DNA from: Squalus acanthias
Taxonomy: Eukaryota
Assembly: GCA_030390025.1 (NCBI GenBank)
Contig: CM059433.1
Location: forward strand, 10,852,001-10,916,000
Length of the DNA: 64,000 nt
Direction: 5' to 3'
Of this stretch, positions 26,101 to 37,570 are shown in pieces. The stretch's first letter is position 1, and each line of letters begins with the position of its first letter. The position numbers and the translations under genes are program-made. Under the pieces are notes generated by a model that was not told where the DNA came from, made no database searches, and saw only the letters and a program-made list of their open reading frames with translations.

Positions 26101-29100
26101 TCGGGGAGGGTAAGGACGAGGTGATCGGTGAGGGAGAGGAGTAGGTGATCGGGGAGGGAGTGGAGGAGGCGATCAGGGAGGGAGTGGAGGAGGTGATCAG
26201 GGAGGGAGTGGAGGAGGTGATCGGGGAGGGAGTGGAGGAGGTGATCGGGGAGGGAGTGGAGGAGGTGATCAGGGAGGGAGAGGAGGAGGTGATCGGGGAG
26301 GGAGAGGAGGAGGTGATCGGGGACGGAGAGGAGGAGGTGATCAGGGAGGGAGAGGAGGTGGTGATCGGGGAGGGAGAGGTGGAGGTGATCGGGGAGGGAG
26401 TGGAGGAGGTGATCAGGGAGGGAGTGGAGGAGGTGATCGGGTAGGGAGTGGAGGAGGTGAGCAGGGAGGGAGAGGAGGAGGTGATTGGGGAGGGAGAGGT
26501 GTAGGTGATCGGGGAGGGAATGGAGGAGGTGATCGGGGAGGGTAAGGACGAGGTGATCGGTGAGGGAGAGGAGTAGGTGATCGGGGAGGGAGTGGAGGAG
26601 GCGATCAGGGAGGGAGTGGAGGAGGTGATCAGGGAGGGAGTGGAGGAGGTGATCGGGGAGGGAGTGGAGGAGGTGATCGGGGAGGGAGTGGAGGAGGTGA
26701 TCAGGGAGGGAGAGGAGGAGGTGATCGGGGAGGGAGAGGAGGAGGTGATCGGGGAGGGAATGGAGGAGGTGATCGGGGAGGGAGTGGAGGAGGCGATCGG
26801 GGAGGGAGTGGAGGAGGTGATCAGGGAGGGAGAGGAGAAGGCAATTGGGGAGGGAATGGAGCAGGTGATCGGGGAGGGAGAGGTGTAGGTGATCGGGGAG
26901 GGAATGGAGGAGGTGATCGGGGAGTGTAAGGACGAGGTGATCGGTGAGGGAGAGGAGTAGGTGATCGGGGAGGGAGTGGAGGAGGCGATCAGGGAGGGAG
27001 TGGAGGAGGTGATCAGGGAGGGAGTGGAGGAGGTGATCGGGGAGGGAGTGGAGGAGGTGATCGGGGAGGGAGTGGAGGAGGTGATCAGGGAGGGAGAGGA
27101 GGAGGTGATCGGGGAGGGAGAGGAGGAGGTGATCGGGGAGGGAATGGAGGAGGTGATCGGGGAGGGAGTGGAGGAGTCGATCGGGGAGGGAGTGGAGGAG
27201 GTGATCAGGGAGGGAGAGGAGGAGGTGATCAGGGAGGGAGAGGAGGAGGTGATCGGGGAGGGAGAGGAGAAGGCGATTGGGGAGGGAGAGGAGGAGGTGA
27301 TCAGGGAGGGAGTGGAGGAGGTGATCGGGGAGGGAGAGGAGGAGGTGATCAGGGAGGGAGTGGAGGAGGCGATCGGGGAGGGAGAGGAGGAAGCGATCGG
27401 GGAGGGAGTGGAGGAGGTGATGAGGGAAGCGGGGCACAGGGGAGGCGATCGGGGAGGGAGAGGAGGAGGTGATCGGGGAGGGAGAGTAGGAGGTGATCGG
27501 GGAGTGAGAGGAGGAGGTGATCGGGGAGGGAGAGGAGGAAGTGATTGGGGAGGGAGTGGAGAAGGCGATCAGGGACGGAGAGGAGGAGGTGATCAGGGAG
27601 GGAGAGGAGGAGGTGATCGGGGAGGGAGAGGAGAAGGCAATTGGGGACGGAGAGGAGGAGGTGATCGGGAAGGGAGAGGAGAAGGTGATCGGGGAGGGAG
27701 AGGAGGAGGTGATCGGGGAGGGAGTGGAGGAGGTGATCAGGGAGGGGGTGGAGAAGGTGATCGGGGAGGGAGTGTAGGAGGTGATCAGGGAGGGAGAGGA
27801 GGAGGTGATCAGAGAGGGAGAGGAGGAGGTGATCGGGGAGGGAGAGGAGGAGGTGATCGGGGAGGGAGAGGAGGAGGCGATGAGGGAGGGAGAGGAGGAG
27901 GTGATCACGGAGGGTAAGGACGAGATGATCGGGGAGGGAGAGGAGTAGGTGATCGGGGAGGGTAAGGACGAGGTGATCGGGGAGGGAGAGGAGGAGGCGA
28001 TCGGGGAGGGAATGGAGCAGGTGATCGGGGAGGGAGAGGTGTAGGTGATCGGGGAGGGAATGGAGGAGGTGATCGGGGAGGGTAAGGACGAGGTGATCGG
28101 TGAGGGAGAGGAGTAGGTGATCGGGGAGGGAGTGGAGGAGGCGATCAGGGAGGGAGTGGAGGAGGTGATCAGGGAGGGAGTGGAGGAGGTGATCGGGGAG
28201 GGAGTGGAGGAGGTGATCGGGGAGGGAGTGGAGGAGGTGATCAGGGAGGGAGAGGAGGAGGTGATCGGGGAGGGAGAGGAGGAGTTGATCGGGGAGGAAA
28301 TGGAGGAGGTGATCGGGGAGGGAGTGGAGGAGGCGATCGGGGAGGGAGTGGAGGAGGTGATGAGGGAGGGAGAGGAGGAGGTTATCGGGGAGGGAGAGGA
28401 AGAGGCGATCGGGGAGGGAGAGGTGGAGGTGATCGGGGAGGGAGAGGAGGAGGTGATCGTGGAGGGAGAGGAGGATGTGATCAGGGAGGGAGAGTAGGAA
28501 GTGATCAGGGAGGGAGAGGAGGAGGTGATCGGGGAGGGAGAGGAGAAGGCAATTGGGGACGGAGAGGAGGAGGTGATCGGGAAGGGAGAGGAGGAGGTGA
28601 TCGGGGAGGGAGAGGAGGAGGTGATCGGGGAGGGAGTGGAGGAGGTGATCAGGGAGGGAGTGGAGAAGGTGATCGGGGAGGGAGTGGAGGAGGTGATCAG
28701 GGAGGGAGAGGAGGAGGTGATCAGAGAGGGAGAGGAGGAGGTGATCGGGGAGGGAGAGGAGGAGGTGATCGGCGAGGGAGAGGAGGAGGCGATGAGGGAG
28801 GGAGAGGAGGAGGTGATCACGGAGGGTAAGGACGAGATGATCGGGGAGGGAGAGGAGTAGGTGATCGGGGAGGGTAAGGACGAGGTGATCGGGGAGGGAG
28901 AGGAGGAGGCGATTGGGGAGGGAATGGAGCAGGTGATCGGGGAGGGAGAGGTGTAGGTGATCGGGGAGGGAATGGAGGAGGTGATCGGGGAGGGTAAGGA
29001 CGAGGTGATCGGTGAGGGAGAGGAGTAGGTGATCGGGGAGGGAGTGGAGGAGGCGATCAGGGAGGGAGTGGAGGAGGTGATCAGGGAGGGAGAGGAGGAG

Positions 29101-32100
29101 GTGATCGGGGAGGGAGAGGAGGAGGTGATCGGGGAGGGAGTGGAAGAGGTGATCGGGGAGGGAGTGGAGGAGGTGATCAGGGAGGGAGAGGAGTAGGTGA
29201 TCGGGGAGGGTAAGGACGAGGTGATCGGGGAGGGAGAGGAGGAGGCGATCGGGGAGGGAATGGAGCAGGTGATCGGGGAGGGAGAGGTGTAGGTGATCAG
29301 GGAGGGAATGGAGGAGGTGATCGGGGAGGGTAAGGACGAGGTGATCGGTGAGGGAGAGGAGTAGGTGATCGGGGAGGGAGTGGAGGAGGCGATCAGGGAG
29401 GGAGTGGAGGAGGTGATCAGGGAGGGAGTGGAGGAGGTGATCGGGGAGGGAGTGGAGGAGGTGATCGGGGAGGGAGTGGAGGAGGTGATCAGGGAGGGAG
29501 AGGAGGAGGTGATCGGGGAGGGAGAGGAGGAGGTGATCGGGGAGGGAATGGAGGAGGTGATCGGGGAGGGAGTGGAGGAGGCGATCGGGGAGGGAGTGGA
29601 GGAGGTGATGAGGGAGGGAGAGGAGGAGGTTATCGGGGAGGGAGAGGAAGAGGCGATCGGGGAGGGAGTGGAGGAGGCGATCGGGGAGGGAGAGGAGGAG
29701 GTGATCGGGGAGGGAGAGGAGGAGGCGATCGGGGAGGGAGTGGAGGAGGCAATCGGGGAGGGAGAGGAGGAGGTGATCGGGGAGGGAGAGGAGGAGGTGA
29801 TGGGGAGGGAGAGGAGGAGGTGATCAGGGACGGAGAGGAGGAGGTGATCAGGGAGGCAGAGGAGGTGGTGATCGGGGAGGGAGAGGTGGAGGTGATCGGG
29901 GACGGAGAGGAGGAGGTGATCGTGGAGGGAGAGGAGGATGTGATCAGGGAGGGAGAGTAGGAAGTGATCGGGGAGTGAGAGGAGGAGGTGATCGGGGAGG
30001 GAGAGGAGGAAGTGATCGGGGAGGGAGTGGAGAAGGCAATCAGGGACGGAGAGGAGGAGGTGATCAGGGAGGGAGAGGAGGAGGTGATCGGGGAGGGAGA
30101 GGAGAAGGCAATTGGGGACGGAGAGGAGGAGGTGATCGGGAAGGGAGAGGAGGAGGTGATCGGGGAGGGAGAGGAGGAGGTGATCGGGGAGGGAGTGGAG
30201 GAGGTGATCAGGGAGGGAGTGGAGAAGGGGATCGGGGAGGGAGTGGAGGAGGTGATCAGGGAGGGAGAGGAGGAGGTGATCAGAGAGGGAGAGGAGGAGG
30301 TGATCGGGGAGGGAGAGGAGGAGGTGATCGGGGAGGGAGAGGAGGAGGCGATGAGGGAGGGAGAGGAGGAGGTGATCACGGAGGGTAAGGACGAGATGAT
30401 CAGGGACGGAGAGGAGCAGGTGATCAGGGAGGGAGAGGAGGAGGTGATCGGGGAGGGAGAGGAGAAGGCAATTGGGGACGGAGAGGAGGAGGTGATCGGG
30501 AAGGGAGAGGAGGAGGTGATCGGGGAGGGAGAGGAGGAGGTGATCGGGGAGGGAGTGGAGGAGGTGATCAGGGAGGGAGTGGAGAAGGTGATCGGGGAGG
30601 GAGTGGAGGAGGTGATCAGGGAGGGAGAGGAGGAGGTGATCAGAGAGGGAGAGGAGGAGGTGATCGGGGAGGGAGAGGAGGAGGTGATCGGGGAGGGAGA
30701 GGAGGAGGCGATGAGGGAGGGAGAGGAGGAGGTGATCACGGAGGGTAAGGACGAGATGATCGGGGAGGGAGAGGAGTAGGTGATCGGGGAGGGTAAGGAC
30801 GAGGAGATCGGGGAGGGAGAGGAGGAGGCGATCGGGGAGGGAATGGAGCAGGTGATCGGGGAGGGAGAGGTGTAGGTGATCGGGGAGGGAATGGAGGAGG
30901 TGATCGGGGAGGGTAAGGACGAGGTGATCGGTGAGGGAGAGGAGGAGGTGATCGGGGAGGGAGTGGAGGAGGCGATCAGGGAGGGAGTGGAGGAGGTGAT
31001 CAGGGAGGGAGTGGAGGAGGTGATCGGGGAGGGAGTGGAGGAGGTGATCGGGGAGGGAGTGGAGGAGGTGATCAGGGAGGGAGAGGAGGAGGTGATCGGG
31101 GAGGGAGAGGTGGAGGTGATCGGGGAGGGTGAGGAGGAGGTGATCGGGGAGGGAGAGGAGGATGTGATCAGGGACGGAGAGGAGGAGGTGATCAGGGAGG
31201 GAGAGGAGGTAGTGATCGGGAAGGGAGAGGAGGAGGTGATCGGGGAGGGTGAGGAGGAGGTGATCGGGGAGGGAGTGGAGGAGGTGATCGGGGAGGGAGT
31301 GGAGGAGGTGATCGGGGAGGGAGTGGAGGAGGTGATCGGGGAGGGAGAGGAGGAGGTGATCGTGGAGGGAGAGGAGGAGGTGATCAGGGACGGAGAGGAG
31401 GAGGTGATCAGGGAGGGAGAGGAGGATGTGATCAGGGACGGAGAGGAGGAGTTGATCAGGGAGGGAGAGGAGGTGGTGATCGGGGAGGGAGAGGTGGAGG
31501 TGATCAGGGAGGGAAATGAGGAGGTGATCAGGGAGGGAGTGGAGGAGGTGATCGGGGAGGGAGTGGAGGAGGCGATCGGGGAGGGAGTGGAGGAGGTGAT
31601 CGGGGAGGGAGAGGAGTAGGTGATCGTGGAGGGAGTGGAGGAGGCGATCGGGGAGGCAGTGGTGGAGGCGATGAGGGAGGGAGAGGTGGAGGTGATCGGG
31701 GAGGGAGTGGAGGAGGTGATCAGGGACGGAGAGGAGGTGGTGATCGGGTAGGGAGAGGTGGAGGTGATCGGGGAGGGAGAGGAGGAGGTGATCGTGGAGG
31801 GAGAGGAGGAGGCGATGAGGGAGGGAGAGGAGGTGGTGATCGGGGAGGGAGAGGTGGAGGTGATCGGGGAGGGAGAGGAGGAGGTGATCAGGGACGGAGA
31901 GGAGGAGGTGATCAGGGACGGAGAGGAGGAGGTGATCAGGGAGGGAGAGGAGGTGGCGATCGGGGAGGGAGAGGTGGAGGTGATCGGGGAGGGAGTGGAG
32001 GAGGTGATCAGGGAGGGAGTGGAGGAGGTGATCGGGGAGGGAGTGGAGGAGGTGAGCAGGGAGGGAGAGGAGGAGGTGATCGGGGAGGGAGAGGAGGAGG

Positions 32101-32470
32101 TGATGGGGAGGGAATGGAGGAGGTGATCGGGGAGGGAGTGGAGGAGGTCATCGGGGAGGGAGTGGAGGAGGCGATCGGCGAAGGAGTGGAGGAGGCGATG
32201 AGGGAGGGAGAGGAGGAGGCGATCGGGGAGGGAGAGGAGGAGGCGATCGGGGAGGGAGAGGAAGAGGCGATCGGGGAGAGAGAGGAGGAGGTGATCGGGG
32301 AGGGAGAGGAGGAGGTGATCGTGGAGGGAGAGGAGGAGGTGATCAGGGACGGAGAGGAGGAGGTGATCGGGGAGGGAGTGGAGGAGGTGATCGGGGAGTG
32401 AGAGGAGAAGGTGATCGGGGAGGGAGAGGAGGTGGTGATCGGGGAGGGAGAGGAGGAGGCGATCAGGGAC

Positions 32471-32611
32471 ATAAGAACATAAGAACATAAGAAATAGGAG
32501 CAGGAGTAGGCCAATCGGCCCCTCGAGCCTGCTCCGCCATTCAATAAGATCATGGCTGATCTGATCCTAACCGCCAATCTACTATCTATCACAGAACCAT
32601 CTCCTGCATCT
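32471..32611 (-). mobile_element. CR1 3' tail inserted in the array, copy 2
   Basis: Same 141 bp and same junctions as 8012-8152. Confidence 0.9.
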
Positions 32612-33812
32612 GACGGAGAGGAGGAGGTGATCGGGGAGGGAGTGGAGTACGTGATCGGGGAGGGAGTGGAGGAGGCGATCGGGGAGGGAGTGGAGGAGGC
32701 GATGAGGGAGGGAGAGGAGGAGGTGATCGGGGAGGGAGTGGAGGAGGTGATCGGGGAGGGAGAGGAGGAGGTGATCAGAGACGGAGAGGAGGAGGTGATC
32801 GGAGAGGGAGAGGAGAAGGCAATTGGGAATGGAGAGGAGGAGGTGATCAGGGAGGGAGAGGAGGAGGTGATCGTTGAGGGAGAGGAGGAGGTGCTCGGAG
32901 AGGGAGAGGAGGAGGTGATCGGGGAGGGAGAGGAGGAGGCGATCAGGGATGGAGAGGAGGTGGCGATCGGGGAGGGAGTGGAGGAGGTGATCGGGGAGGG
33001 AGAGGAGGAGGTGATCGGGGAGGAGTGGAGGAGGTGATCGGGGAGGGAGTGGGGGAGGCGATCGGGGAGTGAGAGGAGGAGGTGATCGGGGAGGGAGTGG
33101 AGTAGGTGATCGGGGAGGGAGTGGAGGAGGCGATGAGGGAGGGAGAGCTGGAGGTGATCGGGGAGGGAGTGGAGGAGGTGATCGGGGAGGGAGAGGTGGA
33201 GGTGATCGGGGAGGGAGAGGAGGAGGTGATCAGGGACGGAGAGGAGGAGGTGATCAGGGACGGAGAGGAGGAGGTGATCAGGGAGGGAGAGGAGGTGGTG
33301 ATCGGGGAGGGAGAGGTGGAGGTGATCGGGGAGGGAGTGGAGGAGGTGATCAGGGAGGGAGTGGAGGAGGTGATCGGGGAGGGAGTGGAGGAGGTGAGCA
33401 GGGAGGGAGAGGAGGAGGTGATCGGGGAGGGAGAGGAGGAGGTGATGGGGAGGGAATGGAGGAGGTGATCGGGGAGGGAGTGGAGGAGGTCATCGGGGAG
33501 GGAGTGGAGGAGGCGATCGGCGAAGGAGTGGAGGAGGCGATGAGGGAGGGAGAGGAGGAGGCGATCGGGGAGGGAGAGGAGGAGGCGATCGGGGAGGGAG
33601 AGGAAGAGGCGATCGGGGAGAGAGAGGAGGAGGTGATCGGGGAGGGAGAGGAGGAGGTGATCATGGAGGGAGAGGAGGAGGTGATCAGGGACGGAGAGGA
33701 GGAGGTGATCGGGGAGGGAGTGGAGGAGGTGATCGGGGAGTGAGAGGAGGAGGTGTTCGGGGAGGGAGAGGAGGTGGTGATCGGGGAGGGAGAGGAGGAG
33801 GCGATCAGGGAC

Positions 33813-33953
33813 ATAAGAACATAAGAACATAAGAAATAGGAGCAGGAGTAGGCCAATCGGCCCCTCGAGCCTGCTCCGCCATTCAATAAGATCATGGCTG
33901 ATCTGATCCTAACCGCCAATCTACTATCTATCACAGAACCATCTCCTGCATCT
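33813..33953 (-). mobile_element. CR1 3' tail inserted in the array, copy 3
   Basis: Same 141 bp and same junctions as 8012-8152. Confidence 0.9.
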
Positions 33954-36900
33954 GACGGAGAGGAGGAGGTGATCGGGGAGGGAGTGGAGGAGGCGATCGG
34001 GGAGGGAGTGGAGGAGGCGATGAGGGAGGGAGAGGAGGAGGTGATCGGGGAGGGAGTGGAGGAGGTGATCGGGGAGGGAGAGGAGGAGGTGATCGGAGAG
34101 GGAGAGGAGAAGGCAATTGGGAACGGAGAGGAGGAGGTGATCAGGGAGGGAGAGGAGGAGGTGATCGTTGAGGGAGAGGAGGAGGTGCTCGGAGAGGGAG
34201 AGGAGGAGGTGATCGGGGAGGGAGAGGAGGAGGCGATCAGGGATGGAGAGGAGGTGGCGATCGGGGAGGGAGTGGAGGAGGTGATCGGGGAGGGAGAGGA
34301 GGATGTGATCGGGGAGGAGTGGAGGAGGTGATCGGGGAGGGAGTGGGGGAGGCGATCGGGGAGTGAGAGGAGGAGGTGATCGGGGAGGGAGAGGAGGAGG
34401 TGATCAGGGAGGGAGAGGAGGAGGTGATCAGGGAGGGAGAGGAGGAGGTGATCGGGGAGGGAGAGGAGGAGGTGATCAGGGAGGGAGAGGAGGAGGTGAT
34501 CAGGGAGTGAGAGGAGGAGGTGATCGGGGAGGGAGAGGAGGAGGTGATCAGGGAGGGAGAGGAGGAGGTGATCAGGGAGTGAGAGGAGGAGGTGATCAGG
34601 GAGTGAGAGGAGGAGGTGATCAGGGAGTGAGAGGAGGAGGTGATCGGGGAGGGAGTGGAGGTGGCGATCGGGGAGGGAGTGGAGGAGGCGATTGGGGAGT
34701 GAGAGGAGGAGGCGATCGGGGAGTGAGAGGAGGAGGTGATCGGGGAGGGAGTGGAGGAGGCGATCGGGGAGTGAGAGGAGGAGGTGATCGGGGAGGGAGT
34801 GGAGGAGGTGATCGGGGAGGGTGAGGAGGAGGTGATCGGGGAGGGAGTGGAGGAGGCGATCGGGGAGGGAGTGGAGGAGGTGATCGGGGAGGGAGAGGAG
34901 TAGGTGATCGGGGAGGGAGTGGAGGAGGCGATGAGGGAGGGAGAGGTGGAGGTGATCGGGGAGGGAGTGGAGGAGGTGATCGGGGAGTGAGAGGAGGAGG
35001 TGATCGGGGAGGGAGTGGAGGAGGTGATCGGGGAGGGAGTGGAGGAGGTGGTCAGGGAGGGAGAGGAGGAGGTGATCGTGGAGGGAGAGGAGGAGGTGAT
35101 CAGGGACGGAGAGGAGGAGGTGATCAGGGAGGGAGAGGAGGTGGTGATCGGGGAGGGAGAGGTGGAGGTGATCGGGGAGGGAGAGGAGGAGGTGATCGTG
35201 GAGGGAGAGGAGGATGTGATCAGGGAGGGAGTGGAGGAGGTGATCGGGGAGGGAGAGGAGGAGGTGATCGTGGAGGGAGAGGAGGAGGTGATCGTTGAGG
35301 GAGAGGAGGAGGTGATCGGGGAGGGAGAGGAGGAGGTGATCGTTGAGGGAGAGGAGGAGGTGATCGGGGAGGGAGAGGATGAGGTGATCGGGGAGGGAGA
35401 GGAGAAGGCAATTGGGGACGGAGAGGAGGAGGTGATCAGGGAGTGAGAGGAGGAGGTGATCGGGGAGGGAGTGGAGGTGGCGATCGGGGAGGGAGTGGAG
35501 GAGGCGATCGGGGAGTGAGAGGAGGAGGCGATCGGGGAGTGAGAGGAGGAGGTGATCAGGGAGGGAGTGGAGGAGGCGATCGGGGAGTGAGAGGAGGAGG
35601 TGATCGGGGAGGGAGTGGAGGAGGTGATCGGGGAGGGTGAGGAGGAGGTGATCGGGGAGGGAGTGGAGGAGGCGATCGGGGAGGGAGTGGAGGAGGTGAT
35701 CGGGGAGGGAGAGGAGTAGGTGATCGGGGAGGGAGTGGAGGAGGCGATGAGGGAGGGAGAGGTGGAGGTGATCGGGGAGGGAGTGGAGGAGGTGATCGGG
35801 GAGTGAGAGGAGGAGGTGATCGGGGAGGGAGTGGAGGAGGTGATCGGGGAGGGAGTGGAGGAGGTGGTCAGGGAGGGAGAGGTGGAGGTGATCGGGGAGG
35901 GAGAGGAGGAGGTGATCGTGGAGGGAGAGGAGGATGTGATCAGGGAGGGAGTGGAGGAGGTGATCGGGGAGGGAGAGGAGGAGGTGATCGTGGAGGGAGA
36001 GGAGGAGGTGATCGTTGAGGGAGAGGAGGAGGTGATCGGGGAGGGAGAGGAGGAGGTGATCGTTGAGGGAGAGGAGGAGGTGATCGGGGAGGGAGAGGAT
36101 GAGGTGATCGGGGAGGGAGAGGAGAAGGCAATTGGGGACGGAGAGGAGGAGGTGATCAGGGAGGGAGAGGAGGAGGCGATCAGGGATGGAGAGGAGGTGG
36201 CGATCGGGGAGGGAGAGGAGGAGGTGATCAGGGAGGGAGAGGAGGAGGTGATCGGGGAGGGAGAGGAGGAGATGATCAGGGAGGGAGAGGAGGAGGTAAT
36301 CAGGGAGGGAGAGGAGGAGGTGATCAGGGAGTGAGAGGAGGAGGTGATCGGGGAGGGAGTGGAGGTGGCGATCGGGGAGGGAGAGGAGGAGGTGATCGGG
36401 GAGGGAGTGGAGGAGGTGTTCGGGGAGGGAGTGGAGGAGGCGATCGGGGAGTGAGAGGAGGAGGTGATCGGGGAGGGAGTGGAGGAGGTGATCGGGGAGT
36501 GAGAGGAGGAGGTGATCGGGGAGGGAGAGGAGGAGGTGATCGGGGTGGGAGAGGAGGAGGCGATCAGAGACGGAGAGGAGGAGGTGATCGGGGAGGGAGA
36601 GGAGGAGGTGATCGGGGAGGGAGAGGAGGAGGTGATCAGGGACGGAGAGGAGGAGGCGATTGGGGAGGGAGAGGAGGAGGTGATCGGGGAGGGAGAGGAG
36701 GAGGTGATCGGGGAGGGAGAGGAGGAGGTGATCGTGGAGGGAGTGGAGGAGGCGATCAGGGATGGAGAGGAGGAGGTGATCGGGGAGTGAGAGGAGGAGG
36801 TGATCGGGGAGTGAGGGGACTAGGTGATCGGGGAGGGAGAGGAGGAGGTGATCGGGGAGGGAGTAGAGGCGGCGATCGGGGAGGGAGAGGAGGAGGTGAT

Positions 36901-37290
36901 CGTTGAGGGAGAGAAGGATGTGATCGGGGAGGGAGAGGAGGAGGCGATTGGGGAGTGAGTGGAGGACGTGATCGGGGAGGGAGTGGAGGAGGTGATCGGG
37001 GAGGGAGAGGAGGAGGTGATCGGGGAGGGAGTGGATGAGGCGATCGGGGAGGGAGTGGAGGAGGTGATCGGGGAGGGAGAGAAGGATGTGATCGGGGAGG
37101 GAGAGGAGGAGGCGATTGGGGAGTGAGTGGAGGACGTGATCGGGGAGGGAGTGGAGGAGGTGATCGGGGAGGGAGAGGAGGAGGTGATCGGGGAGGGAGA
37201 GGAGGCGGCGATTGGGGAGGGAGTGGAGGAGGCGATGAGGGAAGCTGGGATGTGATTGGGGAGGGGGGTGGCGATCGTGGAGGGAGAGCT

Positions 37291-37570
37291 GATCGGGGGC
37301 AGCCACCCAGGGTTCGGGAACAGTCTTCAGGACAGCGGTGGGGCTGGAAGGAGCAGTCCGGATCAGAGCCACGCTGACAGCTGCGTTTGGCATAGACCAA
37401 TTTCATAATTAGTGCAAAAGCCTAATTTAAATATTAGGTGGCCACCTGGGACGCCTAGAAATGGGCCCCACAAATTTATCAGTGGGACCAAAACCTGCGC
37501 AGATCAGGCGCAGGCCGTCCCACTGCCAAATTGGTACGTTTTGCGCCCGTTTTACGCCCAAAAAAACGTG
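37291..37570. mobile_element. GC-rich MITE-like (Harbinger-type) segment abutting the array's right end
   Basis: ATTTAAAT motif, hairpin CAGTGGGAC..CCTGCGC/GCGCAGG..GTCCCACTG (37480-37525), TTTTGCGCCCGTTTTACGCCC; composition resembles the other MITEs here. Confidence 0.35.

Larger units (their letters stand above)
1806..37290 (+). repeat. Giant 24-bp minisatellite/satellite array, consensus GGTGATCGGGGAGGGAGAGGAGGA
   Basis: GATC recurs every 24 bp (occasional 23-bp units) over ~35.5 kb; purine-rich + strand; a limited set of recurrent variant units. Confidence 0.98.

Noticed and set aside
8012..33953. Three independent site-specific LINE insertions
   Set aside because: Identical length, tail count, junctions and flanking variant order point to duplication of one event
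1792..36790. Plus-strand acidic (VIGEGEEE)n and (GGGDRGGR)n ORFs as genes
   Set aside because: They are translations of the 24-mer, repeatedly broken by TAG/TGA variant units and 23-bp frameshifts, with no unique domains or splice context
1806..37290. CRISPR array or bacterial Dam (GATC) site cluster
   Set aside because: Head-to-tail repeats with no unique spacers, no cas genes, and vertebrate TE context
1806..37290. Immunoglobulin switch region or telomeric repeat
   Set aside because: No AGCT/GAGCT pentamer enrichment, no Ig exons nearby, and no TTAGGG units
8772..37393. (LPDHLLLS)n ORFs as leucine-rich-repeat or His-rich proteins
   Set aside because: Alternative frame of the same repeat; open only because the pyrimidine-rich strand rarely forms stops
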